A stretch of DNA of 64,000 nucleotides from an uncultured Prevotella sp. (GTDB taxonomy: Bacteria; Bacteroidota; Bacteroidia; Bacteroidales; Bacteroidaceae), in the NCBI GenBank assembly GCA_963547405.1, contig CAUURC010000005.1, positions 3,655-67,654 of the forward strand, in the 5' to 3' direction. Below the pieces are notes generated by a model. The model did no database searches. It was given only the letters and a program-made list of their open reading frames with translations, and was not told the DNA's origin. This document shows positions 18,924-28,209 of this stretch, piece after piece. The first letter of the stretch is position 1, and each line of letters starts with the position of its first letter. A program made the translations under genes and the position numbers.

Positions 18924-20270
18924 ATGATTAAAGTCATTACTTATGGCACCTACGACCTGCTTCACTACGGGCATATCCGGTTGCTCAAGCGTGCAAAAGC
19001 CTTGGGCGACTATCTCATCGTAGGCGTTACGGCCGACACTTTCGACCGCGAACGGGGAAAAATCAACGTGCAGCAGACGCTGATGGAACGTGTGGAGGCC
19101 CTCAGAGCCACCGGACTGGCCGACGAAATCATCATTGAGGAATACGAAGGACAGAAAATTGATGATATACGGCGCTACGACGTCGACATCTTCACGGTAG
19201 GTTCAGACTGGAAAGGCAAGTTCGACTACCTCGAAGAGTATTGTCAAGTGGTGTATCTGGAGCGCACTGAAGGTGTTTCGAGCACAGAAATTCGTGCGGA
19301 GAAGCGAGCCTTGCGCCTCGGTTTGGTAGGCGAATCGCCCATTCTGAGCAAGATAGAGCATGAGAGCGGTTTCGTAAACGGCATGGAAATCAGTGGTGTC
19401 TACACCATCAACGACTGCTGCCTGCCCGACAAACTCAAACAACTATCCAAGTCGACACAATCCTTTGACGCGCTCTTGGAGAAGAGCGATGCCCTTTATA
19501 TCATTTCCGAACCACGGTTGCACTACGACCAAATCAAACAGGCGTTGCTCCAAGGCAAGCATATTCTGTGCGAATCGCCCATCGCCATGCGCGTTGAGCA
19601 GTGGCAGGAGCTGACAGACATCGCCTCCCGACAGGGTCTGGTTCTCATGGATAGCATCAAGACAGCCTACTCTTTAGCCTACTACCGACTGCGACTGTTG
19701 GCCAAGAGCGGTATCATCGGCGACATTTATTCGGTAGATGCTACCTGTACCAGTCTGTTTAATTTCGATGCCTATAAACAGAGCGACAAACAATTGCCCG
19801 AGTGGAACAGCATTTGCGCTTGGGGACCGACAGCTCTGTTGCCCATCTATCAGCTTTTAGGCACCGACTATTGTTCCAAGACCATCACCACCCATTTGGT
19901 CGATGACAAGTCCGACTTCGACCTTTTCACCAAGATTTCGTTCATCTATCCACATGCCGTGGCCTCTATGAAAGTGGGACGCGGTGTCAAGAGCGAGGGC
20001 GAATTGGTCATATCGGGTACCAAGGGCTACATCTACGTGCCCGCTCCATGGTGGAAGACCGACTATTTCGAGGTGCGCTACGAAGATCCGGCCAACAATA
20101 AGCGCTATTTCTATCAGCTCGATGGCGAGGGATTGCGCTTTGAGTTCGTCTCTTTCTTGCGTTCCATCCAGACTGGGCGACCCGTCAACTATGTATCGTC
20201 TGCCGTGTCGGAAGCGATAGCCGCTACGATAGCCGATTTCGATAAACGCATTGACACTATCCTTATATAA
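18924..20270 (+). CDS. fusion protein: N-terminal glycerol-3-phosphate-type cytidylyltransferase (TagD-like) plus C-terminal Gfo/Idh/MocA-type oxidoreductase
   Basis: The N-terminus KVITYGTYDLLHYGHIRLLKRAKALGDYLIVGV carries the HxGH nucleotidyltransferase motif. About 310 aa of oxidoreductase-like sequence follow it. Confidence 0.75.
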   Translation: MIKVITYGTYDLLHYGHIRLLKRAKALGDYLIVGVTADTFDRERGKINVQQTLMERVEALRATGLADEIIIEEYEGQKIDDIRRYDVDIFTVGSDWKGKFDYLEEYCQVVYLERTEGVSSTEIRAEKRALRLGLVGESPILSKIEHESGFVNGMEISGVYTINDCCLPDKLKQLSKSTQSFDALLEKSDALYIISEPRLHYDQIKQALLQGKHILCESPIAMRVEQWQELTDIASRQGLVLMDSIKTAYSLAYYRLRLLAKSGIIGDIYSVDATCTSLFNFDAYKQSDKQLPEWNSICAWGPTALLPIYQLLGTDYCSKTITTHLVDDKSDFDLFTKISFIYPHAVASMKVGRGVKSEGELVISGTKGYIYVPAPWWKTDYFEVRYEDPANNKRYFYQLDGEGLRFEFVSFLRSIQTGRPVNYVSSAVSEAIAATIADFDKRIDTILI

Positions 20271-20366
20271 TACAAGGACAACGTATGTTATGATATTATT
20301 TGCGACAACTAATTATTTCATGTTTTTTATAATCACATTAACCATATTATCACTCTGTAATTAATT

Positions 20367-22922
20367 ATGATGAGAAAGATTTTATTGGTACTGGCACTGG
20401 CGGGTGTTCTTTATCCACAGGCTGGTATGTCGAAAAAAAAAAGTAAGAAAAACACCGCAGTAACCTTACCTACACCTAAGGTAGATGACTGGAGTAAGAC
20501 CGTGAAAGGGTCTAAAGAGTACAAAGGTATGTTTACCGCATACTTGAACAAGGAAGGCAAACTCTATTTCGAACTTGCCGACTCAGTCTACAATAGGGAT
20601 TATATCCTGAGCAACCGCATAGCGCGCACCAGCAACACGCATGACTACGTGGCCGGACAGATGATCAGCCGACCGTTGCTCGTGCGCTTTGCCACTGACA
20701 GCACAAAAGTATATATGTATAAGGTACAGGACATGGCTGTTGTCAGTCCGACCGATCCCATCGCAGCATCATTCAAATCCAACTTCTCTGACCCCGTATT
20801 GAAGGCCTTCAAGATTGTGGCACGGAAACAGGGACGCGTACTCATCGACATGACAGCACTCTTCGGCAGCAACGACAAGTTGCTCACGCCTATCAAGACC
20901 GACAATCCGCTCGAAGCAATGCTCGGCGGCAGCAAGGCCCTCAAAGGTAGTTTCAACGCCGATGCCTCAGGGATTGCCGAAGTGAAAGCCTTCCCCTACA
21001 ATATAGAAATCAAGTCTAATCTCAGCTACGACCTGACGGCCGGCAACCAACCTTACACCGTACAGGTACACCGCTCGCTCTTCGTGGCACCCGAAACACC
21101 TATGCGAGCCCGCATCCACGACAATCGGGTGGGCTATTTCATGACTGACAAAAAGCTCTATTCATCCTCGGCCGACCGCGTAGAGTCGCAATCCATCATC
21201 CATCGCTGGCGACTGGAGCCCAAGGAGGGTGATTGGGAGAAGTACTACGCAGGTCAGTTGGTAGAACCGAAGAAGCCTATCGTCTTCTATGTAGACTCCG
21301 CCTTCCCCGCCAAATGGCGCGAAACGGTGAAGCAGGGTGTGATGGACTGGAACAAAGCCTTTGAAGCCGCCGGTTTCAAGAATGCCATTATCGCTCGCGA
21401 CTATCCCAAGAACGATCCCAACTTCGACCCCGACGACATGCGTTACAGCTGCATTAAGTATGCCGTTACGGAAACAGCTAACGCCATGGGCCCCAGTCAT
21501 GTAGACCCACGGACAGGCGAAATCCTTACGGCCGACGTCATTTGGTATCATAATGTCGTATCGTTGCTCCACGACTGGCGCTTCGCGCAGACGGGTGCCG
21601 TGGATTATCGCACCCACAAGAAGGTGTTCGACGACGATCTCATGCGTGAGTCGATGCGCTATGTGACCAGCCACGAGGTGGGTCATACGCTCGGATTGAT
21701 GCACAATATGGGTGCCAGCTACTCCTTTCCGGTAGACTCGCTGCGCAGTCCATCGTTCACCCAGAAGTATGGTACTACACCCAGTATCATGGACTATGCC
21801 CGCAATAACTTCGTGGCACAGCCCGGTGATCTCGAACGTGGTGTAAAAATGACACCACCCATCCTCGGTGTAGAAGACATCAACGCTATCAAGTGGGGTT
21901 ACAAGCTCATCAAAAACACACGCACATCAGAAGATGAAGTGCCCACACTGAACCAATGGATTGCCGAGAAGGCCCATGATCCCATGTACACGTTTGGCGC
22001 TCAACAGGTGTTCGGCACCGTGGACGTGAGCGCTCAGACCGAAGATTTGGGCAACGACCACGTGAAAGCGGGCAACTATGCCATCAGCAACCTGAAGATT
22101 ATCATGCGTAATCTGGAAAAATGGACAGCCGAACGTGACGAGAACTACGACAATATGAAAAACACCTATAAGAGTATCGTATCACAATATGGTCGTCATC
22201 TGGGCCATGTGCTGCCCTATCTGGGTGGTGTCATCTATCACGAAGTGCGGCAGGGTGATGGTCGCTTGACCAAAACCTTCATCAACCGTCAGGCACAACG
22301 CCGTGCCATGCAATGGATTGTAGCCCAAGGTCGCACCTATCGCAGCTGGCTCTGCCCACAGAAGTTGCTATTGAAGTTCGATCGTCCCGATGAAATCCGA
22401 ACTGATTTCACCAATGCAATCGTTGTATCTATCTACGGCAGCACCACATTGCAGCGCGTGGACGAAGGCCATAAGTTCAACCCCGCCCAAAACTATAGCC
22501 TCGAGCAGTATACGGACGACGCCTTCCGCGAGCTTTTCGGCATCACGCAGCGCGGTGCTTCTCTCACTGAAGCCGACATGCAACTGCAACGCACAGCCAT
22601 CGACTTCTTCGTGAAGGGCAGTGGCCTCAAGGCTGAATCAAACACTAAGAAGCTGCTGGGCGTAAATGACAATGCCACTTTCAATCTGCAACAACAACTC
22701 AACGCGCCCGAATTGCCTTGCGAATACAGCGACCCGAATACATCCTTCGTTCGCATCAACTATGGATTGCCCACTCTGAAGGAAGAAATCTACAAGCCCC
22801 TCATGCTACATCAGCTCAAGCGTGTGCAGGCTCTTTATCGACAGAAGCGTGCCTCTGGCAACCAAGCCACACGAAACTTCTACAACTATCAGTTGTTGAT
22901 GATTGACAAATTATTTAAATAA
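20367..22922 (+). CDS. secreted zinc-dependent metalloprotease (851 aa)
   Basis: Signal peptide MMRKILLVLALAGVLYPQAG. The zincin motif is SHEVGHTLGLMHN (HExxH). The size and layout resemble the large Bacteroidota Met-zincin family. Confidence 0.8.
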   Translation: MMRKILLVLALAGVLYPQAGMSKKKSKKNTAVTLPTPKVDDWSKTVKGSKEYKGMFTAYLNKEGKLYFELADSVYNRDYILSNRIARTSNTHDYVAGQMISRPLLVRFATDSTKVYMYKVQDMAVVSPTDPIAASFKSNFSDPVLKAFKIVARKQGRVLIDMTALFGSNDKLLTPIKTDNPLEAMLGGSKALKGSFNADASGIAEVKAFPYNIEIKSNLSYDLTAGNQPYTVQVHRSLFVAPETPMRARIHDNRVGYFMTDKKLYSSSADRVESQSIIHRWRLEPKEGDWEKYYAGQLVEPKKPIVFYVDSAFPAKWRETVKQGVMDWNKAFEAAGFKNAIIARDYPKNDPNFDPDDMRYSCIKYAVTETANAMGPSHVDPRTGEILTADVIWYHNVVSLLHDWRFAQTGAVDYRTHKKVFDDDLMRESMRYVTSHEVGHTLGLMHNMGASYSFPVDSLRSPSFTQKYGTTPSIMDYARNNFVAQPGDLERGVKMTPPILGVEDINAIKWGYKLIKNTRTSEDEVPTLNQWIAEKAHDPMYTFGAQQVFGTVDVSAQTEDLGNDHVKAGNYAISNLKIIMRNLEKWTAERDENYDNMKNTYKSIVSQYGRHLGHVLPYLGGVIYHEVRQGDGRLTKTFINRQAQRRAMQWIVAQGRTYRSWLCPQKLLLKFDRPDEIRTDFTNAIVVSIYGSTTLQRVDEGHKFNPAQNYSLEQYTDDAFRELFGITQRGASLTEADMQLQRTAIDFFVKGSGLKAESNTKKLLGVNDNATFNLQQQLNAPELPCEYSDPNTSFVRINYGLPTLKEEIYKPLMLHQLKRVQALYRQKRASGNQATRNFYNYQLLMIDKLFK

Positions 22923-22927
22923 GACGT

Positions 22928-22965
22928 CTTTCCACGTTCCGTTTGGGACGTGGAAGGCTTTTTTT
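22928..22965 (+). terminator. rho-independent terminator after the metalloprotease gene
   Basis: ttccacgt (22930-22937) pairs with acgtggaa (22948-22955), followed by T7 at 22959-22965. Confidence 0.6.
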
Positions 22966-23001
22966 GAGAGATTTTTATTTATAACTTGTAATTTATATCT
23001 T

Positions 23002-26000
23002 ATGAAGAAAGTAAAGTTATTTCTACTCTGCTTGCTTCTGGCAATGGTTTCCTCAGCCTACGCCCAGAAGCAAACCGTGAAAGGCCATGTGGTCGATGAC
23101 AAGGGCGAACCTGTAATTGGAGCCGTTGTTAAGACGGCCGACGGCAAGGTGGCAGGTGTCACCGACGCCGACGGAAACTTCTCCGTATCACTCCAAAAGG
23201 GCAAAGGCACCATCATCGTGTCGGCTATCGGACTAAAAGAAACCCACTATACAGTCGTGCCCGGTCATGCCGTGACCGTGAAGATGGGCATGGACGAGAA
23301 AATGCTTGACGAACTTGTGGTCGTCGGTTATGGTACCCAGAAGAAATCGTCGCTCACCAGTAGTATCGAAGTCATCAAAGGTGACGACCTGACCAAGCTG
23401 CCTACAACCAACATCGACCAAGCGCTGGCCGGTCAGGTGGCTGGTCTGTCGGTCATGACGCATACCGGCGACCCCGGTTCACCACGCGAATCCGTGCTCA
23501 ATATCCGTGCTGTGACCGGTGCGACTGCCTCCCCGCTACTCGTTATTGATGGCGTTCCTCGCTTTTCCGACAACACTTCTGAGGGCGAACAGCGCCTCTC
23601 CGACCTCAACCCCGATGACATTGAGTCGATCTCTGTGCTGAAAGACGCGGCCGCTGCAGCCGTTTATGGTGTACGTGCGGCCAACGGCGTTATCCTCATT
23701 ACGACCAAACGAAGCAAGAGCGAAGGCCGTGTGCGCATCAACTATCGTGGTCAGTACAACGTGACCGAGGCGACTCAACTGCCCAAATTCCTTAACAGTT
23801 ACGAGTATGCCAAGCTCTACAACAGAGCCGTAGAGGGCGAAAGTCGCTACGAACCTTTTACCAATGAAGAATTAGAAATGCTCCGCACACAGAGCAATCC
23901 CGACCAACTTGCCAACTCTAACATGCTCGACTATCTGAAGAAGCATGGTTCAAGCACGATGCATAATCTGAGCCTGTCGGGCGGAAACAAGTTCGTGCGC
24001 TACTATATCTCGGGAGCCTACAGCAACAATACCGGTCTTTACAGTGGAACTGGCACACGCCGACTTAATTACAGCACCAAACTCGATGCTACGTTGGCTC
24101 AAGGACTCACCCTTAGCCTCGACTTTACGGGCGTACGTTCGCACAACAAGAATACTAATTACTCCACGATTGAGCAGGCCTACATGTATGATCCTACCCA
24201 GCCGCTCATGCTCAGCAACGGCGAACTGGCCAGTGTGAACGGCAGCAATCCGCTCATCAGCGTCTACGGGCGTGGCGGTTACGTACAGAACACGGTCAAC
24301 ATGCACACGCTTTCCACCCGACTCACCTGGCAACTCCCATGGATTAAAGGCCTTTCGGCATACGCCAAGTTCACGTCGGACAATAACAACTCATATCAGG
24401 ACCACTTCAAGAAACCTGTGGCTCTATATAAATATGATAAGAAGACACAGCAAATCATGGTAGAAAAGAACTCCATCTACCCCAATGCCAAGATTACGAT
24501 GTTCAACCAAGACCAGTTCATGGATAATAACCTTTATGAACTGGGACTTAACTATGACCAAACTTTCGGACACCATCACGTAACGGGGTTGCTCGTGGGC
24601 AACTATCAGGAATATCGGCATCGCACACTCTACGCTACCAACAACAATCTGCCGGGCATTTATCCCGAAATATTCGGCAATGCCACACAGGCTGACGCGC
24701 ATGGCAACAAGAACAAGATACAACGCCAGTCGTTCGTAGGACGCGCCACTTACGGTTTTGCCAACCGTTACTTTGCAGAGTTCAACTTCCGCGTAGATGG
24801 TAGTGTCAAGTTCCACCCTGATCATCGCTGGGCTTTCTTCCCATCATTCTCCGCTTCATGGATTATGACCAACGAACCATTCTTTAAGAATTGGAAGCAA
24901 AACGTGGTGAGCAATGTCAAAATGCGTGCTTCAACGGGTCTGTTGGGACGTGACGGCGGTATCAGTGATTACAGCTACCTACTCACCTATATCTATTCGC
25001 CGAGCAACGGCTACAATATCGGCGGCGTCCACCTGCCTTCAGTACAGGCCAGTGGTAGCTATCCCAATCCGGAACTGGAATGGGAAAAGAGCCGTGACTA
25101 TAACCTCGGACTGGACTTAGGATTCTGGGACAATCGTTTCGGCGTAACCTTAGAATACTACTGGCGTTATCGCACTAACCTCATCACAGCGGCACCCGGA
25201 TATCTCTATCCTTCTTCCACGGGCGTAGCCACCGTGCCCAACATGAACTATGGTAAGATCAAAGCATGGGGCTACGATTTGACCGTTACCCATCGCAACA
25301 CCGTCGGACGAGACTTCCGCTACAATGCAGATTTCACGTTATCAATGGGTCGCGACAAGGTAATCGACTACGGAGACGAGACTAACGCACTGGAAAACCT
25401 GCGCCGCAAAGGCCTCTCAACGGGTGACATCTTCCTCTATGAGGCGGACGGGCTCTTCCAAACACAGGAAGAAATCGACAACTACAAACTCGACCAGAAT
25501 GGATCGTGGCAAGGCAAAAACTATGGTATCAAGCCGGGTGACATCAAATATAAAGACCAGAACAACGATAACGTGCTCGACGAGAAAGACCTTATCCACA
25601 TGAAGGCATCGGCTTATCCCGACTTCAATTATGGTCTGAAGCTGGGTGTTGAGTGGAAGGGAATCTTCCTTAACACGATGTTCCAAGGCGTGGCTGGCTA
25701 CAAACAGTATATCAGCGATAGCTACTCGTTGGAGAATGGTACGCTCCAACGCTTCCAGGACTATCACCTGACAGACACATGGACGCCCGAAAACCCCAAT
25801 GCCGCCTATCCGCGCATCAAGATTACGCCATCGAGTGACAACAACCGTATGAAGTCAACTTTCTGGCTGCGCGACAATAGTTTCATGCGTTGGCGCTACA
25901 TTAATATCGGCTACCGGTTGCCGAAGTCTTTAATTAAGCACTTGCCCATCAGCACGGTACAGCTTTCGTTCACGGCCAGTAACCTCCACACATGGAGTAA

Positions 26001-26082
26001 GCTCAAACACATGGATCCAGAGTCACACATGGGCTACCCCATTCAGCGCTCATACGGCTTCAACGTGAACATCGGTTTTTAG
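23002..26082 (+). CDS. SusC/RagA-family TonB-dependent outer-membrane receptor
   Basis: MKKVKLFLLCLLLAMVSSAYAQ signal peptide at the internal ATG 23002. A carboxypeptidase-regulatory-like N-domain (VKGHVVDDKGEPVIGAVV) and a plug region (VVVGYGTQKKSSLTSS) are present. The C-terminus ends YGFNVNIGF. Confidence 0.9.
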   Translation: MKKVKLFLLCLLLAMVSSAYAQKQTVKGHVVDDKGEPVIGAVVKTADGKVAGVTDADGNFSVSLQKGKGTIIVSAIGLKETHYTVVPGHAVTVKMGMDEKMLDELVVVGYGTQKKSSLTSSIEVIKGDDLTKLPTTNIDQALAGQVAGLSVMTHTGDPGSPRESVLNIRAVTGATASPLLVIDGVPRFSDNTSEGEQRLSDLNPDDIESISVLKDAAAAAVYGVRAANGVILITTKRSKSEGRVRINYRGQYNVTEATQLPKFLNSYEYAKLYNRAVEGESRYEPFTNEELEMLRTQSNPDQLANSNMLDYLKKHGSSTMHNLSLSGGNKFVRYYISGAYSNNTGLYSGTGTRRLNYSTKLDATLAQGLTLSLDFTGVRSHNKNTNYSTIEQAYMYDPTQPLMLSNGELASVNGSNPLISVYGRGGYVQNTVNMHTLSTRLTWQLPWIKGLSAYAKFTSDNNNSYQDHFKKPVALYKYDKKTQQIMVEKNSIYPNAKITMFNQDQFMDNNLYELGLNYDQTFGHHHVTGLLVGNYQEYRHRTLYATNNNLPGIYPEIFGNATQADAHGNKNKIQRQSFVGRATYGFANRYFAEFNFRVDGSVKFHPDHRWAFFPSFSASWIMTNEPFFKNWKQNVVSNVKMRASTGLLGRDGGISDYSYLLTYIYSPSNGYNIGGVHLPSVQASGSYPNPELEWEKSRDYNLGLDLGFWDNRFGVTLEYYWRYRTNLITAAPGYLYPSSTGVATVPNMNYGKIKAWGYDLTVTHRNTVGRDFRYNADFTLSMGRDKVIDYGDETNALENLRRKGLSTGDIFLYEADGLFQTQEEIDNYKLDQNGSWQGKNYGIKPGDIKYKDQNNDNVLDEKDLIHMKASAYPDFNYGLKLGVEWKGIFLNTMFQGVAGYKQYISDSYSLENGTLQRFQDYHLTDTWTPENPNAAYPRIKITPSSDNNRMKSTFWLRDNSFMRWRYINIGYRLPKSLIKHLPISTVQLSFTASNLHTWSKLKHMDPESHMGYPIQRSYGFNVNIGF

Positions 26083-26109
26083 TCGTTCCACCTTCAAAAC
26101 ATTTCAATT

Positions 26110-27882
26110 ATGAATAAAACTTTTTTCCACAGATATATCACGGCTGGTTGCATGGCACTGGCCGCCATGCTGACGCTGAGCAGTTGCAACGCGCTCTTCG
26201 ACGAAGCGCCCGAAGACAAGCTCACCGACGAGAGCATTTGGACAACCGAAAACCTACTCGATGAATATACCATGGCATGGTACAGCAATATGAATAATGG
26301 TTGGAAATCAATGATGTCTACTTCATCGTTCTTCGGTATGAAGTATATGTCATACATTACGCCCGCTTTCTATGCAGATCAGTCTACCTACGGCATGGCT
26401 AACTGGGTAAACTCGGGTGTGGGCGAAGAGATCGCGTCAAAAGAAAGCACCGTCATCCTTTACGGAAGCAGCCGCTGGAAAGCTTATTATTTGCAGATTC
26501 AGAGCATCAACCGTTTGTTGGAGAATGCCGACAAAATGCCCACTACCTACAAGCAGCGCATTCTGGGCGAAGCTCACTTCTTCCGTGGCTACTACTATTA
26601 CTTGCTGATGCAGCGCTTTGGTGGCGTGCTACTCATCGACCACACATACGATCCGCTGCATAGCGACGAGCGATTCCCACGTGCCAGCTACACCCAAATG
26701 GCCGAATTCATCGCTCATGAGGCAGATTTAGCGGCAGAAGCGTTGCCTGTGAAGCATGACAACCGTAATCTAGGACGCGTCACCAAGGGCGCAGCGCTTA
26801 TGCTCAAGGCTAAGACTTACTTCTGGGTAGGCAGCCCGCAGTTCCAAAATAAGGAAAAAGAATACTATGGTTTCACCGATGATCAAAACCGCGCCTACAT
26901 GCTGAAAGCCATTGAGGCCTACAAGGCTGTCGACGCACTCAACCAGTATAAGCTCATGCCGGTGAGCGGTAGCAAACAAGCAGACATCGCACAAAGCTAC
27001 CACGACTTGTTCTTGCAGCACAACAATGCGGAAAGCATTTTGGAATACCAGCACGGCGAATCGAAACTGACCAGCGAAGGAGCCCATTCACTTGACCAAA
27101 TAGCCATGCCACCCGTACTCACGGGTACGCAATGTGCCTATTGTCCCACACAGAACCATGTAGAAGAATACGGCATGCGCGACGGAAAGGCTTTCGATCC
27201 GCAGAATCCTTACGCCAACCGCGACTATCGTTTCTATGCCAACGTGCTCTATGATGGCACCGTTTTCCGCGACAGCGTCATGGAACTACACTACATCATC
27301 GACAAGAAAGGTAAGGAAGTGGCCCAAAGCGGACTCACCAAATACGGCACGGGACGTAGCAACGGCTTCAGCCGCACAGGCTACTACATGCGCAAGTTCC
27401 TCGATCCCAAGACAACCTTCCCCTACAAGGACAACGAGGGAAGCAAGCAAAACTACCCCATTTGGCGCTATGCCGAGTTACTACTCGACTACGCCGAAGC
27501 CGCGTTCCGTACAGGCGACACCAAAACGGCTTTAGAAAAGGTGAACCAGGTACGCCAACGCGTTCACATGCATCCGCTCAGCGATATCACGCTTGAGCAG
27601 ATTCAGAACGAGCGCCGTGTGGAAATGGCCTTTGAAGAGACCATTTACTGGGATAAACTTCGCTTGGGAACAGCCGTGAAAGACCTCAATGGCTCAACCA
27701 ATCCGCTGCGCCTCATGAAGATTGTCTACCATACAGACGGCACCAAGACCTACACCGTAGAAGAACTGAAGAACCAGAAAGCCGAGCGTGCCTTCCGCGA
27801 TTATCAGTACTACGGAGCCATTCCCTGGAACGAAGTACGCTTCCAAGGCATAGATCAAAATGCAGGTTGGGTGGAGAAATAA
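26110..27882 (+). CDS. SusD/RagB-family nutrient-binding lipoprotein
   Basis: Lipobox LTLSSC. It lies immediately downstream of SusC. The TPR-like SusD hallmark ...IWRYAELLLDYAEA...ERRVEMAFEE..YWDKLR is present. Confidence 0.9.
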   Translation: MNKTFFHRYITAGCMALAAMLTLSSCNALFDEAPEDKLTDESIWTTENLLDEYTMAWYSNMNNGWKSMMSTSSFFGMKYMSYITPAFYADQSTYGMANWVNSGVGEEIASKESTVILYGSSRWKAYYLQIQSINRLLENADKMPTTYKQRILGEAHFFRGYYYYLLMQRFGGVLLIDHTYDPLHSDERFPRASYTQMAEFIAHEADLAAEALPVKHDNRNLGRVTKGAALMLKAKTYFWVGSPQFQNKEKEYYGFTDDQNRAYMLKAIEAYKAVDALNQYKLMPVSGSKQADIAQSYHDLFLQHNNAESILEYQHGESKLTSEGAHSLDQIAMPPVLTGTQCAYCPTQNHVEEYGMRDGKAFDPQNPYANRDYRFYANVLYDGTVFRDSVMELHYIIDKKGKEVAQSGLTKYGTGRSNGFSRTGYYMRKFLDPKTTFPYKDNEGSKQNYPIWRYAELLLDYAEAAFRTGDTKTALEKVNQVRQRVHMHPLSDITLEQIQNERRVEMAFEETIYWDKLRLGTAVKDLNGSTNPLRLMKIVYHTDGTKTYTVEELKNQKAERAFRDYQYYGAIPWNEVRFQGIDQNAGWVEK

Positions 27883-27926
27883 GAAGATTATTCCACTATT
27901 CTGTCACCTAAGATCAAGAGCAAACC

Positions 27927-27986
27927 ATGATTACCCAATGTCTTTTCTTCCACTGTTTCGTTGGAGAAAATCTTTTGGGTAATCAT
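27927..27986 (+). terminator. long imperfect hairpin downstream of susD-like gene
   Basis: atgattacccaa (27927-27938) pairs with ttgggtaatcat (27975-27986), with partial inner pairing. It is followed by taaaaatc, so there is no strong T-run. Confidence 0.35.
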
Positions 27987-28065
27987 TAAAAATCCGTAAA
28001 AATCAACTGTTTATCAAAGACGCGGTCGAATAAATAGTGTTTTTATAACTAACTTTGTAGCGTTT

Positions 28066-28122
28066 TGTGAGTAAAGGTACTTATTTAGCAACCATTTACT
28101 CACAAATTCTTTAAATGGTTGC
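28066..28122 (+). promoter_or_regulatory. two mutually exclusive hairpins in the pnp upstream region
   Basis: Hairpin A is tgtgagtaaa (28066-28075) with tttactcaca (28095-28104). Hairpin B is gcaaccattta (28088-28098) with taaatggttgc (28112-22). The two share 28095-28098. Confidence 0.35.
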
Positions 28123-28209
28123 GTGACAACAACGATTGAAAAGGATGTATATTTCAATGATATATATTTATTAGATGTTAGTCAAAACAATAAAGTTTTA
28201 ATTTTTTAG

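Noticed and set aside
22903-23001. N-terminal extension of the SusC ORF (start at 22903, overlapping the protease gene)
   Set aside because: The extension runs through a terminator hairpin. A typical MKK...AYAQ signal peptide starts at 23002.
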